A stretch of DNA of 32,000 bases from Mycolicibacterium smegmatis (GCF_001457595.1 NZ_LN831039.1:1680001-1712000); one strand, 5' to 3'. Shown: positions 16,824 through 25,045, counted from the stretch's first letter. Translations and numbers: made by a program. Notes: generated from the letters alone by a model not told the origin.

Positions 16824-18113
16824 CAGCATGACCGTCGCCAGTGCCACCGCGACGCACAACGCGCCGCCGCCGAACGCGATCCGGCGTGGCCCGGTGTCCT
16901 CGGGAGACGGTGCGGGCGGCGCGACCATCGCGGTGTTGCGCGCAGGAGGCGCGAGGGCAGGCGCGTCGCCGCTGACCGCGGCAAGCGGGTCGACCACACC
17001 GCTGCCCACCGCGGCATCCCATCCACGCGGTGGGCGTACCGCGGTCGCCTCGATGCGGCGCATCACCTCCCGTGCGCTGAGGTGGGGAAACCGCGACCGC
17101 ACGAGGGCGGCGACACCCGCCACGAACGGCGCGGCGTAGCTGGTGCCCGAGATCGGTTTGTCCGGACCCAGACTCGCGATGAGTCCGTCGCCGTCCGGAT
17201 GCAGCGACACCACCTGTTCGCCGGGCGCTGCGATGTCGACCCACGGACCGGCCAGGCTGAAACTCGATGCGGTGCCGTCCGCCGCCACCGACCCGACACA
17301 CAGCACCAGATCGTCGTACCATCCTGGGCTGGTCACCGACTGCACGTCGTCCCACCCCGGTGCGTCGAGCGGATTCTGGTGACGGCACTGCCGGGCCCCG
17401 ACGTTGCCCGCCGCGGCGACCACCACGACGTTCTTGACGTCGACCGCATACGCCAGCGCCGCGCCGAGCGGGCGATCGTCGAATCCGGCATCGGCCGTAT
17501 CGGTGTCAGGATCGGCGTCGACGCAGGCGACCGACGAGATGTTGATGACCGTCGCACCGAGATCCGCCGCGGTGCGCACGGCCTTCGCCAGTGTTCCCAC
17601 GTCGCCCACACCCGAACCGCCCGCGTCATCGGCAAACCGGTTGCTGGACTGGCGGATCGCGAGAATGGTCGCCTCGGGCGCGACACCGCTGAAACCGTCA
17701 GGTGTCGCCGCCCCGCCGATGATGCCCGCCACGATCGTGCCGTGGCCATCGCAGTCTGCGGTGCCGTCGCCGTTCGAGACGTAATCGCCGCCGCCGACGA
17801 GCCGGGGTAGCCACCGGTGGCGTGCGACACCGGTGTCGATCACCGCGACAACCTGACCCCGACCACGCGTCAGACGCCACACCGGTTCCAGAGCTGGTGA
17901 CGATGAACGGGTTTCGTCGTCGTCGCGGCCTCGGTTGTCGAAGCACGGGCGGCGCTGCTCGGTCGGATGTGGTGGGGCCGGCGGTGCCGCAGGAGGCAGA
18001 TACGCGTCGTCGACGGTGGGCGGGGTGACCGCGGCGGCCGGTGGCGCCGGCACGAGGGTTAGTGACACCACGGCAACGGTCATGAGCGTCGCGGTGACGC
18101 GTTGCGCGACCAT
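16788..18113 (-). CDS. mycP4: ESX-4 mycosin, membrane-anchored subtilisin-like serine protease
   Basis: The ATG at 18113 overlaps the eccD4 stop (ATGA), giving 441 aa with signal peptide MVAQRVTATLMTVAVVSLTLVPAPPAAA. Catalytic triad contexts are VAVIDTGV, DGHGTIVAG and GTSYAAPFVAG. There is a C-terminal TM (GGGALCVAVALATVMLS). The track extension to 18542 is rejected. Confidence 0.9.
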   Translation of the reverse strand: MVAQRVTATLMTVAVVSLTLVPAPPAAAVTPPTVDDAYLPPAAPPAPPHPTEQRRPCFDNRGRDDDETRSSSPALEPVWRLTRGRGQVVAVIDTGVARHRWLPRLVGGGDYVSNGDGTADCDGHGTIVAGIIGGAATPDGFSGVAPEATILAIRQSSNRFADDAGGSGVGDVGTLAKAVRTAADLGATVINISSVACVDADPDTDTADAGFDDRPLGAALAYAVDVKNVVVVAAAGNVGARQCRHQNPLDAPGWDDVQSVTSPGWYDDLVLCVGSVAADGTASSFSLAGPWVDIAAPGEQVVSLHPDGDGLIASLGPDKPISGTSYAAPFVAGVAALVRSRFPHLSAREVMRRIEATAVRPPRGWDAAVGSGVVDPLAAVSGDAPALAPPARNTAMVAPPAPSPEDTGPRRIAFGGGALCVAVALATVMLSRRGRQGITGD

Positions 18114-19423
18114 CACATCCCGAACCCGCGCACCACGTCGAAAATGCCCGCGAGCCAGCACGCGAGCGGTGCCACAGCAGCCAGCGCCACGTACTCCGCG
18201 GCGTCGGCGATGCGGAGAATGCCCGCGTTTGTCAGCGACGCCGGGCCCAGTGAACACATTGCCGCCAGCCCGACGGCGACCGCCGCCGCACCCACCCAGT
18301 TCCCGTACTGCGGGGACCACGCCACCACGAGGACGAACATGGCGGTCAGCGCGCAGAACCCGGTGACCCCCAGCGCTGTTCGGCATCGCCCCGAGGCGTG
18401 GCTGCGCCCACGTGACAACAGCGCCAGACCGATCGCCGCATCGAACGCGATCGCCGCGAACGTCACGGATCCGTACCCGCCGGCCGCGACCGACACCGCT
18501 CCGAGGGCCGCGGCCGCGGAAGCTCCCGCGACCAGTCCACACAGGATCCGGTGCCCCCGCGCGGCAACGACGTCCACGTCACCCGCCGGGGACGCCTCGC
18601 CGGGTGTCAGACCCGCGAGGATGATCGACATGCGCGGCGACAGCGACAACGCCGCGATACCGAGCGCGCCCAGACACGCGCCGAACGCCTGTACATCGAG
18701 CGGGAACAGGGCAGCCACCGCGGCGCCGATCCCGGCGATGATCGCGAACGCGACGACGGCGTGCATGGTCTCGACCGACCCGTCGGTGAGTCGCAACAGC
18801 ACCACACCCAGCGATGCCGCCGCGGCCGCGGCCAGAAACACATTGCCGGGACCCGAATCTGAGGGCACCGCCACGAAACCGAGGATCGCCACCGACGCGA
18901 CCGCGAGGCTCTGCACGGACGTGGCGGCCGCCGCGGTGAGGGCCAGACGGCGTGACGCGAACGCGACCGCGGTGACGGCGACGGCCACCACCGCCGCGAC
19001 GATCACCCGCGTCGGGCCGCCGGTCCCGATTCCGGCGCACAGCACCGCGGCCATCCCCACCGCACATGTCCACAGGCCGGCGAACATGCGCGACGTGGGC
19101 GGCGGCGTAGGCGTGGGCGCCGCGGCGGTCAGGGCATGGATCAGCCCGTAGGACCTGGGCGCCACCGGCACCCGCGCGGTCAGCACCAGCACGGCACCGT
19201 CGTGGACCTCGTTCTGCGCCAGCGTCATCGACTCGTCGAGCGGCGCGCCGCCCGGTGGCGCCAGATACCAGCGCCTCGGCAGATCGCCCGGTGCGCCGAC
19301 GGCGGCGACGATCGACGGCAGCAGCTGGCCAACGGTCATGGCAGCGGGCAGCACGAGGTCCGCGGCGCTCGCGTGATCGGCCGCCGTGCAATGGATCGAT
19401 ACCCGGTACAACGATTCCGGCAT
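18113..19423 (-). CDS. eccD4: ESX-4 polytopic membrane component EccD
   Basis: The ATG at 19423 follows GGGGGG. The N-terminal ubiquitin-like segment is MPESLYRVSIHCTAADHASAADLVLPAAMTVGQLLPSIV...DGAVLVLT, followed by about 10-11 hydrophobic helices. The track extension to 19735 is rejected. Confidence 0.85.
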   Translation of the reverse strand: MPESLYRVSIHCTAADHASAADLVLPAAMTVGQLLPSIVAAVGAPGDLPRRWYLAPPGGAPLDESMTLAQNEVHDGAVLVLTARVPVAPRSYGLIHALTAAAPTPTPPPTSRMFAGLWTCAVGMAAVLCAGIGTGGPTRVIVAAVVAVAVTAVAFASRRLALTAAAATSVQSLAVASVAILGFVAVPSDSGPGNVFLAAAAAASLGVVLLRLTDGSVETMHAVVAFAIIAGIGAAVAALFPLDVQAFGACLGALGIAALSLSPRMSIILAGLTPGEASPAGDVDVVAARGHRILCGLVAGASAAAALGAVSVAAGGYGSVTFAAIAFDAAIGLALLSRGRSHASGRCRTALGVTGFCALTAMFVLVVAWSPQYGNWVGAAAVAVGLAAMCSLGPASLTNAGILRIADAAEYVALAAVAPLACWLAGIFDVVRGFGM

Positions 19424-19507
19424 CACATCACCCCCCGGTCGACGCCAGTGCATTTCACGGTAACCGAGCACGCAGCGGAGCAAGCGCACGAATTTTGTGT
19501 TGTGGAA

Positions 19508-19538
19508 ATGGAACTGACGGCGCCTCGCGTGCGTCCAA
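19508..19538 (+). promoter_or_regulatory. ECF-sigma-type promoter ATGGAAC-N15-TGCGTCCAA upstream of eccC4
   Basis: ATGGAAC at 19508-19514 and TGCGTCCAA at 19530-19538. The motif ends 6 nt before the ATG at 19545. An identical bipartite motif occurs at 24278-24308. Confidence 0.5.
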
Positions 19539-19544
19539 ACGTTG

Positions 19545-22500
19545 ATGGAGAAAACCGGCCGATCAGATGCTGGCACCGGTGAAGTGCTCATCGATGCCCC
19601 ACCGGAGGTTCCGCGCGCGACACCGGTGCCCGTGGTGACGCGCGTGCTTCCCGTGGTGCTCGTGGTCGCCATGGTGGGAATGATGGTGGTGTACTTCCGG
19701 TCCGGTGTGGCCACCGGCCGTGGGCCCGCGGTCATGTTCTTCCCGGTGATGATGGCGATGTCGGTGCTCGCGACGCTGGCGTACAGCCTGCGGGGGAACG
19801 GCGGAAGCGCCGAACTCGAACGTGACCGGCGCGAATACCTGCGTTACCTCGACGGTCTCGACGTCCTCGCCGCCGAGACCGCATGCGCGCAGTGGCAGAT
19901 GTTGCACGACACCTTCCCGGAGCCCGCGGTGCTGTGGATGCTCGTCGACAGTGACCGGCGTTGGGAACGCGACACCGGACATCGGCACTTCCTGGAGGTC
20001 CGCATCGGTATGGGGACGCGTCCCCTGCAGACCCGGCTCGTGGCACCGGAATCGACCGGCGGCGCCGAACGGGACCCGGTCACCGTCGAAGCGCTGGAAG
20101 CCCTGCTGCGCGCGCGATCGACGGTCGACGACGTCCCAGTCACCGTGCGACTCGGCGGCCACTACCGGTTGACCGGGCCGGACGAACAGGTCGGCGGCCT
20201 GGTGCGGGCGGTGCTGTGCCAATTGGCCACCTGGCACAGCCCCCGCGACGTCAAGATCGCCGCAGCCCTGCACGCCGACGACCGATGGGACTGGCTGAAG
20301 TGGCTGCCGCACCACACGAACGCGCCATACGACGGCGCCGCACACCTGGTGATCGTGGCCGACTCGCCGGTGAGCGATACGCTCCCCGACGGCGCCACGG
20401 TGCTCGGCCTGGGATCGGACGCCACGGACGCTTCGGCCACCCGCATCGACGTCGAGCACGACGAGGTGCGCATCGCAACCGTCAGCGCCCGGCCCGACAC
20501 CATGACGACCGAGCAGGCACTGGCATGCGCGCGTCGCCTGGCACGATACCGAGCAGAGGCGGCATCGGCGCGGCGATCGGACTGGGCCAACCTGCTCGGT
20601 GTCGACGACATCTCACACCTCGACATCGAGCGAGTGTGGCAGAACCTGGATCCCCGACAGCGCCTGCGCGTTCCGATCGGTATCTCCGACCACGAAGTCC
20701 GCGTCGACCTGGACCTCAACGAGGCCGCGCGGGGCGGCAGCGGACCCCACGGCCTGTGCATAGGGGCCACCGGATCGGGAAAGTCCGAGTTCCTCCGTAC
20801 CCTCGTGCTCGGCCTGATTACCACCCATTCACCCGATGCGCTCAACCTCGTGCTCGTCGACTTCAAGGGCGGCGCGACGTTCCTCGGCCTGGCGTCCGCA
20901 CCACACATCAGCGCGCTGATCACCAACCTGTCGGACGAGGCGGCCATGGTGGCCCGGATGGCAGACGCGCTGGCCGGGGAGATGACGCGCAGGCAGGAAC
21001 TGTTGCGTGCGGCCAACGTCGGCAGCGCCGCGGAGTACACACGCACGGACGGACGGCCACCCCTGCCGACATTGCTGGTGGTGGTCGACGAATTCTCCGA
21101 ACTGCTCCATCAACAACCCGATTTCGCTGACCTGTTCGTCGCGATCGGCAGGCTCGGTCGCTCCCTCGGGATCCATCTGCTGCTGGCCAGCCAACGCCTC
21201 GACGAGGGCAGGCTGCGTGGCCTGGAATCGCACCTGTCCTACCGGATCTGTCTGAAGACCTTCTCGGCCGCCGAATCACGCGCCGTGCTCGGCGTCGCGG
21301 ATGCCCACGATCTGCCGAACACACCGGGTGCGGCGTACCTGAAGACGCCGTCGGGCGAGATCACCCGATTCCAAACGGCTTTCGTGTCGGGACGGTATGA
21401 CGTTGCGCCGGTGGACCGGCCCGATCACCGGGTGCGGCCGTTCACCGCGCGGCCACCCGCAGACCAGCTGTGCCGTTCCTCCACGCAGACCACGCTGGAG
21501 GCCACGGTGGCGCGGCTTCTCGGCCACGGCACACCCGCGCACCGTGTCTGGTTGTCACCCCTGCCTCGGGCGATACCGCTCAGCGACGTGCTCATGGCCG
21601 ATCCCGAACCGCTCACGGCGGCGATCGGTCTGGTCGACCGCCCGTTCGAGCAGCGTCGCGACCGCCTGCTGGTCGATTTGTCCGGCGCGGCAGGCAACGT
21701 CGTGATCGTCGGCGGTCCGCAATCCGGGAAATCCACAGCCGCACGGACATTGATGGTGGCGCTGTCGGCCACCCACGACCCGGCCGATGTGCAGATGTAC
21801 GGCCTGGACCTCGGTGGGGGCGCGCTCTGCGCGCTCACCGCGCTGCCGCACGTCGGTGCGGTCGCCGGGCGTCGCGACACCGACCTGGCACGACGCATCG
21901 TCACACAACTGCACGACGTGATCCGGGCGCGGGAGCGGACATTCGAGGTTCTGGGCGTGGACTCCATGGCCGACTACCGTGCGCGCCGCGCCGCGGGAGA
22001 GTGCCGTGACGATCCCTACGGTGACGTGTTCCTGGTGGTCGACGGATGGTCCACCCTGCGTACCGAGTTCGAGTCCCTCGAGAGCACCATCACGACACTG
22101 GCCGGCCAGGGACTGTCCTACGGTGTGCACGTCGTGGTGACCGCGGCGCGCTGGGCCGAACTACGCCCTGCACTCAAGGATCAACTCGGCACGCGCATCG
22201 AGTTGCGACTCGGCGACCCCGCGGAATCCGAGATGGACCGCCGACGGGCCCGCCACATCAGCCCTCTTCCCGGACGTGGCCTGACCCGCGACGGCCACGA
22301 ACTGCTCATCGCGCTGCCGCGTCTGGACGGAACGGCCGACGAGCGCGGCCTGGCTGCGGCACTGACCCGCGTCGGCGAGGTCCTGCACACCCAGCACACG
22401 GGCGCGCACGCGCCGCGTGTTCGTCTGCTGCCGCGGCACGTAGCCGGTGACGATCTGGTGGGGCTTGGCGGTGACCGGCCTGCCACGCAGGTCGTGTTGG

Positions 22501-23180
22501 GCATCGGTGACGCCGAATTGGCTCCGGTGGCAGTCGACTTCGCCGAACAGTCCGATCTGGTCATCCTCGGTGACGCGGGATGCGGAAAGTCGACCACTCT
22601 GCGCGCACTGTGTGATCGCCTCGTCCGCACCAACGATCCCTCCGCGGTCCAGTTGCTCGTGGTCGACTACCGGCGGGAGATGCTCGACGCGGTCGGATCC
22701 GGTCATCTGCGCGGATACGCGGTGTCCGCCGGCGCACTGGAGACCGCGGTCGCCGACCTGATACGGACTCTTCGCGAGCGCATGCCCGGCCCCGACATCA
22801 CACCGCGGCAACTGCGCGAGCGCACCTGGTGGACCGGCCCCGAACTCTATGTCGTGGTCGACGACTACGACCTGGTCGCGGCCGGAGCGGGCAATCCACT
22901 GACGTCTCTGCTCGACTTCGTGCCCCACGCACGCGATCTCGGGTTGCACCTCGTGATCGCCCGCCGCTCCGGGGGCGCTGCGCGCGCCATGTTCGATCCC
23001 GTCCTGTCGCGGCTCAAGGAACTGGGCTGCATGGGCCTGATGATGAGCGCATCCCCGGACGAAGGTGTGCTGCTGGGACCGGTGCGCCCGAGACCGCTAC
23101 CACCGGGACGGGGGACCCTGCTCACCCGCGCCGGGCCCGAACAGTTGATCCAGGTGGCACTGCCGTGCGACGTGTCGTGA
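19545..23180 (+). CDS. eccC4: ESX-4 FtsK/SpoIIIE-family triple-ATPase EccC (single polypeptide)
   Basis: About 1211 aa with two N-terminal TMs. It has three Walker A sites (GATGSGKSEF, GGPQSGKSTA, GDAGCGKSTT). The Walker B contexts are VVVDEFSEL, LVVDGWSTL and VVVDDYDLV. The start is ATG 19545 (the track uses TTG 19542). Confidence 0.93.
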   Translation: MEKTGRSDAGTGEVLIDAPPEVPRATPVPVVTRVLPVVLVVAMVGMMVVYFRSGVATGRGPAVMFFPVMMAMSVLATLAYSLRGNGGSAELERDRREYLRYLDGLDVLAAETACAQWQMLHDTFPEPAVLWMLVDSDRRWERDTGHRHFLEVRIGMGTRPLQTRLVAPESTGGAERDPVTVEALEALLRARSTVDDVPVTVRLGGHYRLTGPDEQVGGLVRAVLCQLATWHSPRDVKIAAALHADDRWDWLKWLPHHTNAPYDGAAHLVIVADSPVSDTLPDGATVLGLGSDATDASATRIDVEHDEVRIATVSARPDTMTTEQALACARRLARYRAEAASARRSDWANLLGVDDISHLDIERVWQNLDPRQRLRVPIGISDHEVRVDLDLNEAARGGSGPHGLCIGATGSGKSEFLRTLVLGLITTHSPDALNLVLVDFKGGATFLGLASAPHISALITNLSDEAAMVARMADALAGEMTRRQELLRAANVGSAAEYTRTDGRPPLPTLLVVVDEFSELLHQQPDFADLFVAIGRLGRSLGIHLLLASQRLDEGRLRGLESHLSYRICLKTFSAAESRAVLGVADAHDLPNTPGAAYLKTPSGEITRFQTAFVSGRYDVAPVDRPDHRVRPFTARPPADQLCRSSTQTTLEATVARLLGHGTPAHRVWLSPLPRAIPLSDVLMADPEPLTAAIGLVDRPFEQRRDRLLVDLSGAAGNVVIVGGPQSGKSTAARTLMVALSATHDPADVQMYGLDLGGGALCALTALPHVGAVAGRRDTDLARRIVTQLHDVIRARERTFEVLGVDSMADYRARRAAGECRDDPYGDVFLVVDGWSTLRTEFESLESTITTLAGQGLSYGVHVVVTAARWAELRPALKDQLGTRIELRLGDPAESEMDRRRARHISPLPGRGLTRDGHELLIALPRLDGTADERGLAAALTRVGEVLHTQHTGAHAPRVRLLPRHVAGDDLVGLGGDRPATQVVLGIGDAELAPVAVDFAEQSDLVILGDAGCGKSTTLRALCDRLVRTNDPSAVQLLVVDYRREMLDAVGSGHLRGYAVSAGALETAVADLIRTLRERMPGPDITPRQLRERTWWTGPELYVVVDDYDLVAAGAGNPLTSLLDFVPHARDLGLHLVIARRSGGAARAMFDPVLSRLKELGCMGLMMSASPDEGVLLGPVRPRPLPPGRGTLLTRAGPEQLIQVALPCDVS

Positions 23181-24271
23181 CGGTCATCGAGGCGGGCCCC
23201 GTCGGTGTGCACCGGGCCGGGGCTGAATCCGGGCCCGTACCTGACGAACTCGCGCAGACCGCCCTGGAGTGCATCGACGATCAGTTCGCAATCGTCGACG
23301 ACCATTTCGTCACCGTGGAGGATCTGTGGACCCGTGTGCTGGGCACCGGCCACGCCCGGGATGCGGTGGTGGTCCACCCCACGTGGTGGACGCCCAACCG
23401 CGTGACGCGGCTTCGTGACATCGCGACCACATGCGGTATCGGCCGCGTGGTCTCACGGGCGGAGGCGCTCGGCGCCGACGCGACCGGCGCGTCGTGGACG
23501 GTGATCGAGATCAGCACCGATCTCGTGTCGGTGACGCGCGACGGCGGTGTGCCGCAGTCGTGGACCCGCGGCGGGCATACCGAAGAGGCCGTCGTTGACG
23601 CGGTCTGCAGCGCCGTCGGTGACACACGCGACGTGATCCTCGACGTGCCGGACGATGTGCCCGGCGGGCGTGAACTCGCCCGCGCACTCACCCGCCGTGT
23701 GCGGTGCCGCCATGCGTCACCGGTCGACGTGTTGCAGCGAGCGGTCACCGACACCCCTGCACGTGAGCCGGAGCGCAGGCCGCGCAACGTGACCGTCGGT
23801 GTGGCCGCGGTGGCGATCATGGGAATGTGTACGACGCTCGCCGCGCACGAGCGGCCGACCGACACCGTGACCACCGGACTGGTCGAGGGACGTGTGGCGG
23901 TGCAGATACCCCGGGGCTGGCGCGTCGAACGTGTCACCGACGACGCCGGATCGCCTCGGCTGCAGGTGTTCTCACTGTCAGGCACGGACCCGGTCATCCA
24001 CATCACGCAGTCACCGGTCGGGGCAGGGGACGTCGCGGACACCCTTCGGTACGCGCTCGAGCAGGCGCCTGCCGGGGTGTTCGTCGACTTCGACCCCGAC
24101 GATCGCGTCGCCGACCGGCCCGCCATCACGTACCGGGAGGTTCGTGCGCACCGTGAGGTCCGGTGGGCCGTAGTGGTCGACGGCCCCGTCCGCATCGCCA
24201 TCGGCTGCCAGGGCCGGGAGTTCCATGCCGCGTGCTCCGCGGCCGTCGCATCCGCACACGCGGCCTCTTAG
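23177..24271 (+). CDS. Type VII secretion-associated membrane protein, Rv3446c family
   Basis: Its position between eccC4 and esxU matches the M. tuberculosis ESX-4 order. The GTG at 23177 overlaps the eccC4 stop (GTGA); GTG 23165 is an alternative. It has a single central TM (VTVGVAAVAIMGMCTTLAA). The track extension to 22829 lies inside eccC4 and is rejected. Confidence 0.75.
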   Translation: MTVIEAGPVGVHRAGAESGPVPDELAQTALECIDDQFAIVDDHFVTVEDLWTRVLGTGHARDAVVVHPTWWTPNRVTRLRDIATTCGIGRVVSRAEALGADATGASWTVIEISTDLVSVTRDGGVPQSWTRGGHTEEAVVDAVCSAVGDTRDVILDVPDDVPGGRELARALTRRVRCRHASPVDVLQRAVTDTPAREPERRPRNVTVGVAAVAIMGMCTTLAAHERPTDTVTTGLVEGRVAVQIPRGWRVERVTDDAGSPRLQVFSLSGTDPVIHITQSPVGAGDVADTLRYALEQAPAGVFVDFDPDDRVADRPAITYREVRAHREVRWAVVVDGPVRIAIGCQGREFHAACSAAVASAHAAS

Positions 24272-24277
24272 AAAAAG

Positions 24278-24308
24278 ATGGAACCGAACCCGTCGCCGCT
24301 GCGTCCAA
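24278..24308 (+). promoter_or_regulatory. ECF-sigma-type promoter ATGGAAC-N15-TGCGTCCAA upstream of esxU/esxT
   Basis: ATGGAAC at 24278-24284 and TGCGTCCAA at 24300-24308. It lies 35 nt upstream of the ATG at 24344, which has a strong SD (AGGAGGGGGA, 24331-24340). Confidence 0.55.
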
Positions 24309-24343
24309 TTGTTATATCCCGCAAGACAACAGGAGGGGGACCG

Positions 24344-24655
24344 ATGTCGACACCGCTGGGCGCCGATTTCGACGTGATGACCACTGTGGCAGGACAGATC
24401 GATGTGCGCAACGACGACATCCGGTCGATGCTGCAGACCTTCATCGGCCGCATGAACACCGTGCCGCCGACTGTGTGGGGTGGTGTCGCCGCGACCCGGT
24501 TCCGTGATGTCGTCGAGCGGTGGAACGCCGAATCGCTCACGCTGCACACCACGCTGCAACGCATCGCCGAGACCATCCGCCACAACGAACGCACGCTGCG
24601 CGAGGCCGCCGACGGTCACGCACAACGCCTCGGTGGCGTCGGCGAGACCCTCTGA
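24344..24655 (+). CDS. esxU: WXG100-family ESX-4 substrate, EsxU-like
   Basis: 103 aa: [53 protein letters not shown]... It has a central W-G-G turn motif and is the first of the Esx pair after the Rv3446c-like gene. Confidence 0.85.
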   Translation: MSTPLGADFDVMTTVAGQIDVRNDDIRSMLQTFIGRMNTVPPTVWGGVAATRFRDVVERWNAESLTLHTTLQRIAETIRHNERTLREAADGHAQRLGGVGETL

Positions 24656-24679
24656 CCCGCAGACCCGGAAGGAAAACCC

Positions 24680-24976
24680 GTGAGCCAGTTGCTCTCATAC
24701 GATTTCGGCGAGATCGAGTACACGGTCCGCCAAGAGATCCACGCCACGCACAACCGGTTCAACGCCGCGCTCGAGGAACTGCGGGCGCAGATCGCGCCGT
24801 TGCAGCAGGTCTGGACGCGTGAGGCCGCGGCGGCGTACCAGGTGGAGCAGGCCCGATGGAATCAGGCCGCCGCGGCGCTCAACGAGATCCTGTTCAGCCT
24901 CGGCAACGCGGTGCGTGACGGGTCCGACGAGGTGGCAGCCACCGACCGCAGCGCGGCCAACGCCTGGGGCGTCTGA
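24680..24976 (+). CDS. esxT: WXG100-family ESX-4 substrate, EsxT-like
   Basis: 98 aa from the GTG at 24680 (SD GGAAGGAAAA): SQLLSYDFGEIEYTVRQEIHATHNRFNAALEELRAQIAPLQQVWTREAAAAYQVEQARW... It has helix-turn-helix length and is paired with esxU. Confidence 0.8.
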   Translation: MSQLLSYDFGEIEYTVRQEIHATHNRFNAALEELRAQIAPLQQVWTREAAAAYQVEQARWNQAAAALNEILFSLGNAVRDGSDEVAATDRSAANAWGV

Positions 24977-24990
24977 TCCCACAAATGCCT

Positions 24991-25032
24991 GTGCGGTCCC
25001 ACCCGGTATGGAGAGGTCGGGTGGGACCGCAC
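24991..25032. terminator. Perfect 15-bp hairpin between convergent esxT and the helicase gene (bidirectional terminator candidate)
   Basis: GTGCGGTCCCACCCG (24991-25005), a 12-nt loop, then CGGGTGGGACCGCAC (25018-25032). It is followed by ATTT on the plus strand and by AGGCATTTGT on the minus strand. Confidence 0.6.
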
Positions 25033-25045
25033 ATTTCGCGCGTCT

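Noticed and set aside
15098-19151. Long antisense ORFs across ESX-4 (15098-16333 -, 16104-16700 -, 17082-17810 +, 18102-19151 +).
   Set aside because: Each lies opposite a gene with unambiguous EccB, mycosin or EccD features. Their composition is Arg/Pro/Ser/Thr/Ala-rich and lacks motifs.
19441-19466. Possible third ECF-type promoter on the minus strand upstream of eccD4 (GGTTA-N17-CGTCGA).
   Set aside because: The -35 differs from GGAAC at several positions. The extended ATGGAAC / TGCGTCCAA context shared by the other two sites is absent. It is too weak to call from sequence alone.
18114-19735. Track-predicted N-terminal extensions of mycP4 (to 18542) and eccD4 (to 19735).
   Set aside because: The mycP4 extension runs through the eccD4 coding region, and the signal peptide begins at the ATG at 18113. 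The eccD4 extension crosses the divergent promoter region into eccC4, and the conserved EccD ubiquitin-like N-terminus begins at the ATG at 19423, which has a G-rich SD.
22829-23176. Upstream part of the 480-aa ORF that contains the Rv3446c-like gene.
   Set aside because: It lies entirely within eccC4 in another frame. The GTG starts at 23165 and 23177 at the eccC4 stop give a coupled, sensible gene.
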